In this document: piece by piece, positions 1 to 10,267 of the stretch
How positions within the stretch are numbered: position 1 is the stretch's first letter
Layout: each line of letters begins with the position of its first letter
NCBI GenBank assembly: GCA_000004985.1
Contig: GG738890.1
Reading direction: 5' to 3' (one strand)
DNA: 64,000 bases
Source: Naegleria gruberi
Taxonomy: Eukaryota
Program-made: the position numbers and the translations under genes
The notes under the pieces: generated by a model
What the model was told of the DNA's origin: nothing
What the model saw: only the letters and a program-made list of their open reading frames with translations
Database searches by the model: none

Positions 1-2
1 TT

Positions 3-962
3 CGAGAATTCGAATTTCCTGGTTGTTCAAGTGCATGGCAAGTTATTCAAACAATGAGAGAAATCAGTATTCTCTCTTCAATAGGTGAAAAAACCTTCAG
101 AACCTACAACAGGATTTATGGTGGTTTTCTTTGGTTTATCAATGTGTTCGATCTTACCATTGATAATCCTTTAGCTATTGAATATTACATCTCTTACCTT
201 CTGGTTAATGTTCAAGGTTACAAAGCAAATACTGTGCAAGCAGCTATTCAATTCTTTGCTAACCTTGATGGCAGAACAATTAATATTTCTGTCTCTTACC
301 CTAAAGTTAAAAAAGGTGTCCTTAAGCTTTATTCACTTTCGGATAAAGTTTCTCTTCAAAGAGATCCGATAACAATCAAACATTTGACTGATTATTTGAA
401 GTGCAAAGACAAAGTGGATAATTTCACTTTCCGTCTTACTTCTGCTATTCTAGTAATTGGTTTTAGGCTATTTGCAAGACCTGGTGAGGTTGCGCGACTA
501 AAATGGTCATATATCAAGATGCTTAAAAAAGGAAGAATCAAGATTGATCTCAGTGGTCATAAAACTGACTTCTTCCTTATTGAAAAACCAATTACTATCG
601 AAAGGAATACTAAAGATCCTAATCTTTGCCCAATTTCAATACTAAAATCATACATGGATTTGGTTAGGAATTTCAAAGATGCTGAGTCCCCATTATTTTC
701 CTTCGAAAACGACAAATTCTTTGATTCAGATGGTATTTCAAAGATACTAAAGAATGCAGTGGGTATAGTAGATCAAGGCGTAACAGTCTCAGGTCACAGC
801 CTTAGAATAGGTGCTATCACAGAAGGACTCAGAAAGGGTATGTCTACAACTGATCTAATGGTCGGTGCAAGACATAAAAAGGAAAAAAGTTTATTTCCTT
901 ACCTTAGATCTGAAGGCCTAGCTGGCAAGAATTTCACTAACACTCTATTTTCTCTGGACTAA
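3..962 (+). CDS. Tyrosine recombinase (phage-integrase fold), 5'-truncated by the window edge; probable YR of a DIRS-like/Ngaro-PAT-like retroelement
   Basis: Frame is open from nt 3 with no upstream stop. Box I is ARPGEVARLKW (R...E), box II is GHSLRIGAIT (HxxR), followed by GARH and then Y nine residues later (HKKEKSLFPY), matching the R-H-R-H-Y catalytic spacing. No overlapping long ORF, so the YR appears to be the terminal gene. Confidence 0.7.
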   Translation, partial: REFEFPGCSSAWQVIQTMREISILSSIGEKTFRTYNRIYGGFLWFINVFDLTIDNPLAIEYYISYLLVNVQGYKANTVQAAIQFFANLDGRTINISVSYPKVKKGVLKLYSLSDKVSLQRDPITIKHLTDYLKCKDKVDNFTFRLTSAILVIGFRLFARPGEVARLKWSYIKMLKKGRIKIDLSGHKTDFFLIEKPITIERNTKDPNLCPISILKSYMDLVRNFKDAESPLFSFENDKFFDSDGISKILKNAVGIVDQGVTVSGHSLRIGAITEGLRKGMSTTDLMVGARHKKEKSLFPYLRSEGLAGKNFTNTLFSLD

Positions 963-1011
963 CCCATTGGTTTATCAACGAAATTCTTTATTGTTTTATT
1001 TGGAGAAATAT
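963..1011. repeat. 49-bp direct repeat copy 1 (B1-like), starting immediately after the YR stop codon
   Basis: cccattggtttatcaacgaaattctttattgttttatttggagaaatat is identical to 1637..1685. Confidence 0.85.
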
Positions 1012-1636
1012 GGCTAGTTGCGAGGAACGATGCAACGTTAGTATTTCGACAAATTGTAAACAATAAAATTGAGTTGATAAATAATTTTTATGCTCAAAAA
1101 AATTAAGAAACATGGTAAACACACCAAGCAAAATCATTGCTGACCCACCCACCCATTCCCTTAATTTCATCAAGAATTCCTTGAATTCTTTCAAATAGTC
1201 CTTCACTCCTTGAGTGTTTTTTCCTATTTGTCTTTTAGTTTGATCTTGGTAAGTGATCCTTCTAAGGATGCAGGATTAGTATTACCTTGTGATACAATAA
1301 TTTTTATTTCTAACTAACATCATTTGAATAATTCGAAATATGCTCGTAAAGTAAGCCAGATTTATTTTTTCAAAAAATATTTCTGATAGAAATTACCAGG
1401 CATTTTTTTTCAAGCAATTCACTAGTTAAAATAGAGAACTTTAATGGATTGGAGTTTTTACCGATTTTTCCTGCAATGCAGGTTTTTTATAGGGGAGTTG
1501 TTCTACTTCAATCTCGATTTTGTAAACAACTTTATTAACTCGGGACAATGCTGAATAAAGTCAATGACCTAAAAGGCAGCATTTCCGAGCAACATACCTC
1601 ATCCTTTGGATGAAGAATATGTTGAGTGAGCTTCTA

Positions 1637-1685
1637 CCCATTGGTTTATCAACGAAATTCTTTATTGTTTTATTTGGAGAAATAT
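1637..1685. repeat. 49-bp direct repeat copy 2 (B2-like), 674 bp downstream of copy 1
   Basis: Perfect 49/49 identity with 963..1011. It contains the stop codon of the minus-strand T/N-rich gene. Confidence 0.85.
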
Positions 1686-2901
1686 ATTAATAATATTACT
1701 TTCCCTTGTACTTTTTAATAATGATATAATGATCTTATTATTATTCACATCAAAATTTTTAATTAGGTGTTTAGTATGATTATTATTAATTACATTTTTA
1801 ATATTAATTAATAAATTATCATGATTAACTTGTTGAATAATTAATTCTTGAATTATTTTATCTATTTTATCTAGTACTATGTTATTATTTGGAGTAATTG
1901 ATGAAGTAATAATAGTATTTCCAGATTGTTGAATATTGTTGGAAGATTCAATTGTAGAATTATTAATAGTACTGATTGGTATCGTTAAATTAATTGCAGA
2001 TTCTATTGTTGTTGTAGTAGTGTTTGTAGGTTCTATTGTTGTTGTTATTAAATTATTTGATGTTGTATTTGTAGGTTCTATTGTTGTAATTGATGTAATT
2101 ATTGAATCTGTTGTTGTACTTGTTAAATTATTAATATTTATAGTGTTTGTAGGTTCTATTATTGTATTTGTAGATTTAGTAGTTGTTGTTAAATTATTTG
2201 ATGTAGTGTTTGTTATTGGAGTACTTATTAAATTATTTGTAGGTTCTATTGTTGTTGAATTATTTATAGTATTTGTAGATTGTATTGTTGTACTTTTTGT
2301 AGGTTCTATTGGTTTTGAATGTCTTATTATTCTCTAAATTATGTTAATGAAATATAATTAATAAAACAAACCCGTTTTTTTGTTGTTGTTAAATTAGTAT
2401 GTTCTATTGTTGGTGTGGTTGTTATTAAATTATTTGATGTAGTGTTTGTTGGGTCTATTGTTGTTGTTAATTTAATTGTTGAATCTGTTGTTGTTGTTGT
2501 TAAAGTATTTGATGTAGCATTATTCGTAGGTTCTGTTGTTTTTAGTTTTTTGTGTCGCTTTGATGTTGTTAAATTATATTATATTTAAAATTAAAACAAA
2601 CCCGTTTCTTATTATCACTATTATCATCACCATTATTCTTATCATCATCATCATTATTATCATCATCATCTTGTTCAACCTTTCTTTTACCAAACATCTT
2701 CTCCTCTATCGTAGTAGGAGGAAACAAAAAATGTTCACCATAAATAAAATTATCATTTGTTAAATCAATACATTCCATATTAACAAACTCTTTTATATTA
2801 TATGAATGTATAATGTGATCAACATGGATTCTAATAAATTTTGCTCCTTCGTGGATTTTTAGGTTTATGGATTTTGTTATTGGTGGACCTTGTATTCTCA
2901 T
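1662..2901 (-). CDS. Thr/Asn-rich repeat protein, 3 exons (2901..2602, 2557..2372, 2333..1662) with two very short introns (2558..2601 of 44 nt; 2334..2371 of 38 nt)
   Basis: Exon 1 starts at a true ATG in aaaaaaaaATG context. Both putative introns begin GTTTGTTTT right after the identical exon end AAACGG and end in AG. Splicing gives a stop-free frame of about 385 codons encoding TTIEPTNTTSNNL-type repeats. Unspliced, the ORF stops after 110 aa. Confidence 0.4.
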
Positions 2902-2977
2902 TTTTTTTTAAAACATTTAAATCTATTAATAAAACATGCCGGTAGGTTTTATTTTTAGATCATCATATAAAAGTTGA

Positions 2978-3661
2978 TCATAAACGTTCTTTCCAAACTT
3001 TCTTTCCTTTAGCTAACTGTTCATTAACTAATTGCAATTCAAACACAATATAATCAAACTCTATTCTGATCTTGTGAGTTTCTTGCAAATAAACCAATTT
3101 TAAATTCACTACCATTGACCTCCACTTCTTCTTTTTATGTTCCCATTTATACAACCACCAATATCTATTATCCTCAAGAATAGGAAGAAAGGAATTTGGA
3201 GCATCATTAATCCATTCTAAAGTAGTTCTATCAGCTTTTCTGCTACTTCCAGCCTCAAGTCCTCTATCAAAAATCCGATAATTGTCTTTGCTTTTACTTC
3301 CGTGAAATGATAAATCCATTTTCATACATAAAGCTTTCCATTCTATTTCATCACAACTAATTGTATTGTAGGTGTTAACAAATCTAGATATAGAACGTTT
3401 AGCATCTGGCACCATTCTTCTTCTGATAATATCCACAATCTCAGCCTCCATTACCATCACACGCTTCAAATAATAATCAGCATCAAAAATAAAAAAACTT
3501 TTTCGTTTTCCAATTAAATTATCGTCCAATCCTTCATTAAAATCACCAAAGAGATCCAAATAATCATCTAAACTCCCATCATCTGCTTTTTCGACAGTAG
3601 CAGCAAGCTTTTGTTCAACTTCTTCCAACACAGCCCTCTTCGAGACTTTTTTTTTGATCAT
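2978..3661 (-). CDS. Hypothetical acidic/basic protein, 227 aa
   Basis: Clean ATG ORF with A/T-rich codon usage and no recognisable domain. Confidence 0.55.
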   Translation of the reverse strand: MIKKKVSKRAVLEEVEQKLAATVEKADDGSLDDYLDLFGDFNEGLDDNLIGKRKSFFIFDADYYLKRVMVMEAEIVDIIRRRMVPDAKRSISRFVNTYNTISCDEIEWKALCMKMDLSFHGSKSKDNYRIFDRGLEAGSSRKADRTTLEWINDAPNSFLPILEDNRYWWLYKWEHKKKKWRSMVVNLKLVYLQETHKIRIEFDYIVFELQLVNEQLAKGKKVWKERL

Positions 3662-3759
3662 TCCAAAATTTTAATCTCACGCATTGTTGTTGGCATGGTG
3701 TTTTATTTGCTGGTAACTTGCGGCAAAAATAGTAAGCTAGTGATTAAAACAAATAAAAA

Positions 3760-3960
3760 ATGGCTAATGATTTACATCCTTACACCACAAAAGAGGTTGA
3801 CGATAGAAACATAACCAACCAACCAACAACGGATGCAGATGATGAATTAAGTATTTTTGAAAAATTAACAGATGCAGAAATTGCAGCTTTGAAACAATTT
3901 TCTGAACGCACAGGGTGTACAATGGAAACAAGAACACTGGAGGAAATACTCGAGTTATAA
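3760..3960 (+). CDS. Small protein (66 aa) with a C-terminal UBA-like (EF-Ts N-terminus-like) helix motif
   Basis: aaaaaATGgct start. IAALKQFSERTGCTMETRTLEEIL resembles the EF-Ts/NAC UBA-like fold. Confidence 0.4.
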   Translation: MANDLHPYTTKEVDDRNITNQPTTDADDELSIFEKLTDAEIAALKQFSERTGCTMETRTLEEILEL

Positions 3961-4413
3961 TATATTAAGCAGGTATAGGATTCAAACAATTAGAGAAAAA
4001 CAAAAACAATACATATTTTTCTGATATGATTTTTAGTATAATAATAAATTTTGTAATAAAATTGTTGGATATGTTGGAATAAACATATCATTAAAGGGAT
4101 CTATATCATTGGGAAGAATGAAACTTATCGTGGTTCATGGGAAATTACTAACACAACCCTAAAAGAAAAATATTCAAAACAATTAGAGGATAAATTGTTG
4201 GTAAACTATCTAATAAAAAAGTGAGGTCATTAGGTTGAACTTTTACTGGAATTGGAATATATTTAGGTGTGTACTTCCAATTAAATTATTTTCAATTACA
4301 ATATGATAAGTACCTGCTAATAATGGACATAGTTTCTGCTTATTTTTCATACAATTACCAATCATAGATAATAAATTAAACAATTTACAATGTTCAATTA
4401 TTTAATCATTCTA

Positions 4414-4764
4414 AAAATGTATCAGTTTCATATGTAAGAGATAGTTGGTATAAATATTTAAATGGAACATGATTTCCTTACTCGAAAGTGGTTCTTTTTT
4501 GAGTATAATTTCGCTTAGAATTTTTAGGACATCGTCGTGAGTTAATAGAGGTAAGTTTTCTTCAACTATTATAAAATTAGGCTTAATTTTCTTTAATGAA
4601 GGATCTTCATCAACAGAGAGGACTCTATCTTTCCTTTTGTTGGCATGTATTTCATCGTTGGTAGAATAACCAGTATCAGCTACACAATCGTTGGTAAGCT
4701 GAAATATGTGAGAGAGATTCTCAATTTTGCAAATTACTCCTAAAAGAAAATTCTCAAAAATAGT
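4414..4764 (-). other. Stop-free frame of 117 codons without an ATG; possible exon or decayed DDE-transposase-like fragment
   Basis: Translation reads ...LTNDCVADTGYSTNDEIHANKRK...LLTHDDVLKIL.... The xADTGY motif recalls the Harbinger/PIF DDE_Tnp_4 core. Weak. Confidence 0.2.
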
Positions 4765-4991
4765 TTAGATCGAAAATCAACTATAAAAAAATAACAAGAA
4801 TTAAATTTCCCTTCTTGTGCCGTTTATTATTGTTGTGGCTTTGAATAATACATTCATTATTCTACTATTTTTATAAATTAATAATAGTAATAATAATAAT
4901 TTTGTATTCGATCTTATTTTACAATCAATAGCAAAAATTGCTTCCGATCAAGGGCAATAACAAATTATAATTATTTTGATTTTATCGGAAA

Positions 4992-6131
4992 ATGTCGAAA
5001 GAACTTGTGGAAATGATAGATGAGTTGAATTCGTCCCTCAAGTCTATGGATGAGGATTTTAGTGATGATTTTAATAAGAATAATAATAATAACAATAATA
5101 TGGAAATATATGATGATAGTACAACGTCGATACCAATTCATCACAATTCGAGTTTTTATTATGGAGAGGATGAAAAACACCCGAATACACTGTCTTATGA
5201 TTCTCATAAATTTAACAAGATTATATTCGAAGATTCGGAATATTTGTATAGAACAATTACAAGAGATGATTTACCAGCTCTTAAAAAGTTACAACAAGAA
5301 TTATTTCCAGTTCAATATAACAAACCTTTTTATTTGAAATTATTGGATAAAAGCAAGACGTATACATTGCTTTCATTTAGCAAGGAAAATAATGAATTGA
5401 TTGGAGTTTGTTCGACATCAATAACATTGGAGGAAAATACTGATGGTGGATTTTGGCAATTTCTATTTGGATATCCAGACAAGTACAATGTTTGTTATAT
5501 AATGACCTTGGGTGTAAAAAAGAAACACAGAAGAAAAGGTTTAGCCTCAAGAATGTTACAAATTCTGGAAGAAGTTGTGTCGGTTGATCCTTATTATTGT
5601 ACCAAATTAACTCTGCATTGTAAAGTCGATAATCAACATGCTTTATCATTTTACAATCAGAATTCCTTTACAGTAAAGGAAAGGATAGAGGGATATTACG
5701 ACTTTGGATCTCATTTCGAAGCTGCTTTCAAGTTGGATAAGGTTTTGTCAGCAAAGAGAAATGAAAGCTTTTCAGATTCAATCTCCTTCTCTGGATTACT
5801 AACATCTGAGAGTCATACATCACTAGGATCTCAACCAACATCAAACAGACAATCCACTAATGAATCACCCATTCGAAATAACTATAACACCAGTTCACTT
5901 GGCTGCTTGGCAGTGACATTTCAAATTTGTAAATTTTTTATTGAAACCTTTAAAGTGGTAGCAATAGAGTCTTATAATACCATGAATAATATTCTCTCCC
6001 CTTCACCTCCTTTAAATCCAAATTCATCATCTCCACAACTTTCCAATTCCACCTCAACCAATGCTCTTTCACCCATTGCAATTCCAAGACCTAGAATTGT
6101 TTTACAAATTCAAGAGAAGGATTGTGAATAA
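4992..6131 (+). CDS. GNAT-family N-acetyltransferase (NAA50/NAA60-like) with a poly-N tract and a Ser/Pro-rich tail
   Basis: Motif A is YIMTLGVKKKHRRKGLASRML (Q/RxxGxG/A). FPVQYNKPFY resembles N-alpha-acetyltransferases. Confidence 0.7.
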   Translation: MSKELVEMIDELNSSLKSMDEDFSDDFNKNNNNNNNMEIYDDSTTSIPIHHNSSFYYGEDEKHPNTLSYDSHKFNKIIFEDSEYLYRTITRDDLPALKKLQQELFPVQYNKPFYLKLLDKSKTYTLLSFSKENNELIGVCSTSITLEENTDGGFWQFLFGYPDKYNVCYIMTLGVKKKHRRKGLASRMLQILEEVVSVDPYYCTKLTLHCKVDNQHALSFYNQNSFTVKERIEGYYDFGSHFEAAFKLDKVLSAKRNESFSDSISFSGLLTSESHTSLGSQPTSNRQSTNESPIRNNYNTSSLGCLAVTFQICKFFIETFKVVAIESYNTMNNILSPSPPLNPNSSSPQLSNSTSTNALSPIAIPRPRIVLQIQEKDCE

Positions 6132-6146
6132 AAGATATTCTCTCGC

Positions 6147-7010
6147 TTACATGACAAGGCAACCTCCATGTGCTTTGAAATTTTCACTTCTTGGACATGG
6201 AACACTTTTCAAATGTGAAACACTATCAATAGATGGCTCTGTTAATTTAACTCTAATTTCCAATAAGCTATATTGTAAGGCCCCTGTGGTATCTATAAAA
6301 CCAGCAGCCAATTGATTGTAATGTAAAATCCAAAATCTAGCCACAATATTGCCATCCTCATCAAATTTGAAAGTTGGTTCCTCATATTCACTTTTTGATC
6401 CTCTAAAGAAGGTATCCCAAGATCCTGGAATCATACTCTTGGGTTCGTACACAACCAATCCAGCAACTGTGTTTGGATAACTTGGAAATAGAACTCTATA
6501 TGTATAATATTTGAAAAGGATCAAGTTAAATTGGGGAGAAAACATATTCCATCCCATCAATTCCAAACAAGTTTTCATTTGTGAAATTCTGTCTTGACAA
6601 TTACACGTAAATATATTTCCCAAACTAACTCTTGTCAGTATTTTGAAATTATTTGCTGCTTTTCGAACATGAACATTGATGTATTGTTTATCGTTATTGT
6701 CATGATACCCTGGAGGGTATTCACTGCTAATTTCCATCTTTAGTGAGTTGACCAACTGTTTGAGATAATTCAGTAACTGTTCTTTGTATGAATATTCTAA
6801 ATCAACCACATGATGAGTAGCACCTTCATCGGAATCGTGATGATCATCAGAAAGTTTATATTTCAACAGTAAATTCCATAAATTTCCAAACAATACTGTG
6901 TCATATTGTTTAAAAACAATCTGTATTGCCTTTCCACAACTTTCCATCATTAAAATATCATCCAAACACAGAAATGAGAGAATGTTAAACCAACAATCTG
7001 ATGAAATCAT
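6147..7010 (-). CDS. F-box-like domain protein
   Basis: N-terminus has CWFNILSFLCLDDILMMESCGKAIQ. The track start at 7040 is TTG, so I moved the start to the aaaaaaaATG at 7010. Confidence 0.55.
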   Translation of the reverse strand: MISSDCWFNILSFLCLDDILMMESCGKAIQIVFKQYDTVLFGNLWNLLLKYKLSDDHHDSDEGATHHVVDLEYSYKEQLLNYLKQLVNSLKMEISSEYPPGYHDNNDKQYINVHVRKAANNFKILTRVSLGNIFTCNCQDRISQMKTCLELMGWNMFSPQFNLILFKYYTYRVLFPSYPNTVAGLVVYEPKSMIPGSWDTFFRGSKSEYEEPTFKFDEDGNIVARFWILHYNQLAAGFIDTTGALQYSLLEIRVKLTEPSIDSVSHLKSVPCPRSENFKAHGGCLVM

Positions 7011-7178
7011 TTTTTTTGTCGTTTCCACAAACCATTTCAATTTATCCGAACTTTAAAGAACAGATTTCAAAGTGCACCATTACAAAAATATTATTGTAAA
7101 GTTTATTAATTACAACGTGATTGTATTGAAACGTGATGTATGATTACAGTGCATTCCTGATTTTGCAATTAAAAAAAA

Positions 7179-9595
7179 ATGTCATTACACAAAGAGAACA
7201 TTTTCTTAAATTTGAACCAATGTGCCATCAAATATTACAAACTCAAGAAATCAAATGATGAATTGAGAGGTGCCAATGTTGAATTTCCTACCATTGTCAT
7301 GACAACAATTTTCGTAAAGGGCATACAAGAGGAATTAACCATTGATGATTTAAAGAAAATACTATTGGCCGATATGGAATGTAAATGGAGACAAGTACAC
7401 GAAGGAGACTATTGTAAATTATTTATTTGTATTAAAAGTATGGATAATTCACAAATGAAGGATAGTTTTAGAACCGTGACCTGTCAGACATTGGAAAGAA
7501 TTGGAATTAATATTCATGATGATAATATTTATTTTATTGATGATAGAAATAGTTTATATTTGGAGTCGTTGGCTAATTATACATTTAAACGAATGATATC
7601 GAATCATCTTATACAGAATATTCCAACATTTGATATCAAAGTTGGTCAATTTGTAAAGAAGGAATTCCTAATTAAATTGACACTATACAAAGATTAAAGA
7701 AATATGATAATGATAGTAAATGTATATATATTGTGGCTAAAATTGGAGATTTTTATAAGGAATCAATATTTTCATGTAAATATGTTAGTATTAATGATGG
7801 TAATTATGGAATTTATGAAACGAATGAGGATGCTGAGTTGATTATTTGTGGTACAGACATGATACAAAATTTATCTTATCAAAATAGGACAAAAACAAGA
7901 GGTGAATTTACTTGTCTTGAGCAATTCAATAGTTCTGAATTGAAAGAAGCTAAAATTTCATGTTCAATTATACCTAATGAATTGACAATTAAGGGTGCCA
8001 ATATTTATAATACTATTCCTGTTTGTTTACCAGAAGACTATGAGTTCTATGTATATGACAAGAATAGTGAAAAGCCCTCAATTGATTCCTATTATTCATA
8101 TATTAACAGTGAATTAATTGATTCTGACTTTGAAAATAATCTTTTTCGTAATGATAACAGTCAATCCAATGTGACTATCCAGTTAGACGAAAGTATTAAT
8201 TGTAAATTATTGAAAACTAAGCTTTCAGAAAGAAGATTAGACTGTTACAATATTTCTGATAAGATTGCTTCCTTATTCACCAAGAGAGGCCTCGGATTTT
8301 ACTATGCATACGATGATTCAAACAAAATAGCTTTAGAAAATAGATGGTGTCTCGTTACTAACAAGCGATGGATAAAACAAATCAGTGAGAGAATGAAAAA
8401 CCAAACCATTATTGATTTGATCAACTCAGATTTAAGAGATATTATTCTTTCTCGTTCACAAGAATTTAACCCAGACGAATATGCCAAAAATTATATAATA
8501 TCCAGTACTTTTTTACTGTGTTTGCAATTCTTTAATGAGAGGGATATTGAAATTGATGAATTGACTGAGAAAGTTTGGGATTATATTTTGCAAAATAATA
8601 TTCACAATTGTGAATCGTCAATAAGTAGTAGATTCGAAGCTCTTCGCCTCAGAATCCAAACTCAAAAGAGTGTCATTTCAGTGGTGAGTCCTCCTGTAAT
8701 TGGGGCTAGATCAGTTTTCTTCTCCTCCTTCTTGAAAAAGATACCTGAATTTATAATTCACGATAGATTTTATGAATTCGACCTTGATTTCAAATTACGG
8801 CGTTTTCCTAACTATAATAACCTATTTTACCTCACTCAACATTTCCCAATTTTAGAGGAAACAATTTCTGATGGTATTGTTATGGCCATTAATTCTTCAT
8901 CAGTTAGTAATATATCTACAAGATACAAAATATACGAGTCAAATCTGATTTCGTTTTTCAAACAATCACATAATCTCAATAGAGAATCGCAAAGGGATTT
9001 ACCAATCAGAGAGTGTATTCTTGATGAATATCTAATTAGTCAAGCCATCAAAACCCTCCACACTTGCAAAAAACATAACCAATCTGAAAAAGCCGAATAC
9101 ATTACCAAAGCATTGCCTTTTATTCAAGGAGTATCAACTCAAATTGAAAAATTGAAAAAGACTTTACAACATGATTTTTCAAATAGTTGGAAAAAGTTTA
9201 TTGAAATAATGGTCATATCATTGTTCCCAGTAGCCCCAAAACTTTCCATCTATTTGTGGACTGAAGTGTTACAGAAACAAGATGAAATACGAATCAATCC
9301 TAATATGATTCTATATGACGATCTAGAATGTGAAGTTATTTCTACAAAATTTTCATTCCTATCAAGAATATTTAGAGATATTGAAAAAGTACTCAAGACT
9401 AATCGATTACCAAGTGAGGATAAGAGAATTTTAAAAATAATCATAAGCGGAAAATCTAATGATTTCAATGAGGAATTGTTCCTAAATGAACATTTAGATG
9501 TTATTCTACAAAAGTATAGAGAAAAGATAGCAAATGTTGTTGTGGAAATTTCAGAGGAATTATTTGCTAAAACAGCTCGCATAGTTTTGAAATAA
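7179..9595 (+). CDS. Hypothetical protein of about 780 aa, probably two exons with a short intron near 7653..7699
   Basis: Two long ORFs 35 nt apart in different frames. The second begins at GTG, not ATG, but its frame is open from 7676. A GTAAAG donor at 7653 and an AG at 7699 restore the frame. Confidence 0.45.
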
Positions 9596-9665
9596 TATTT
9601 ACTAAAATCTTGTATTTTATGTTTATATATTTCTGATAAAGTGGATATTAAGGAAGAGGATGTAA

Positions 9666-9738
9666 GGGGACTTGGCGCAGTCGGTAGCGCGTAGGTCTCA
9701 TAATCCTAAGGTCGTGAGTTCGATCCTCACAGTCCCCA
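9666..9738 (+). tRNA. tRNA-Met (anticodon CAT), elongator type
   Basis: Cloverleaf: acceptor GGGGACT/AGTCCCC, D-arm GCGC-AGTCGGTA-GCGC, anticodon loop CTCATAA, T-arm GTGAG-TTCGATC-CTCAC, 73 nt. Confidence 0.9.
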
Positions 9739-10267
9739 TCTTTTGCCTTATTCAAGATTGGACATTTAAATCTCCACATATCTGTTGGGAGTGGAAATGT
9801 AATTTCTTGTTTTAGGTCTATATTTTAAACATGATGCATCTGGTACTTCTTCCAACTCCTCTCCTCTGTGTTCCATCATGTAGATGTCAAATGTTTGAGT
9901 CATTGATTGAATAATGGATTCACTCTCTTTTCTTAATCATCTATCTCTCTTTTCGAAAATTGAAATTGTTTTTACCGTACCATCAATTGCATCAAATAAC
10001 AAATAATAAGCATATTTATTTTGATCATTGCAATTTTTTTGTCTGTGGTCTTTAGATTAAGGGTGCATGTTGTACTGTTAATTATTATTTGGCGCAATTT
10101 GATATGATCGAATGCCAATTGCATCTGTTTGTGGCCACTCCTTAATTCTTGAGTACGGTTGGAGCATTACTCAAGGGCTGTTACTCCGCGAATGTTATAT
10201 GAATCAAATCGTTCAAGGTTATTAGAACCATTCAATATCTCCTTTTGTTTCTAGTTTCTGGTATAGA

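Larger units (their letters stand above)
1..1685 (+). mobile_element. 3' end of a tyrosine-recombinase retroelement with a split direct repeat (B1-A2-B2 architecture); the 5' part lies outside the window
   Basis: The YR ORF runs off the window start. The YR stop is followed directly by a 49 bp repeat, a 625 bp spacer and the same 49 bp repeat, the layout of Ngaro/PAT-type DIRS-like elements. No A1 copy is visible to confirm this. Confidence 0.4.

Noticed and set aside
178-372. 64-aa ORF overlapping the YR gene in another frame
   Set aside because: Too short and low-complexity to represent an overlapping RT/MT ORF as in DIRS-1. Treated as noise.
1936-2337. Plus-strand 133-aa ORF (LEDSIVELLIVLIGIV...) over the T/N-rich region
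   Set aside because: It starts at TTG and is purely hydrophobic nonsense. It is the mirror of the minus-strand Thr/Asn-rich coding repeats.
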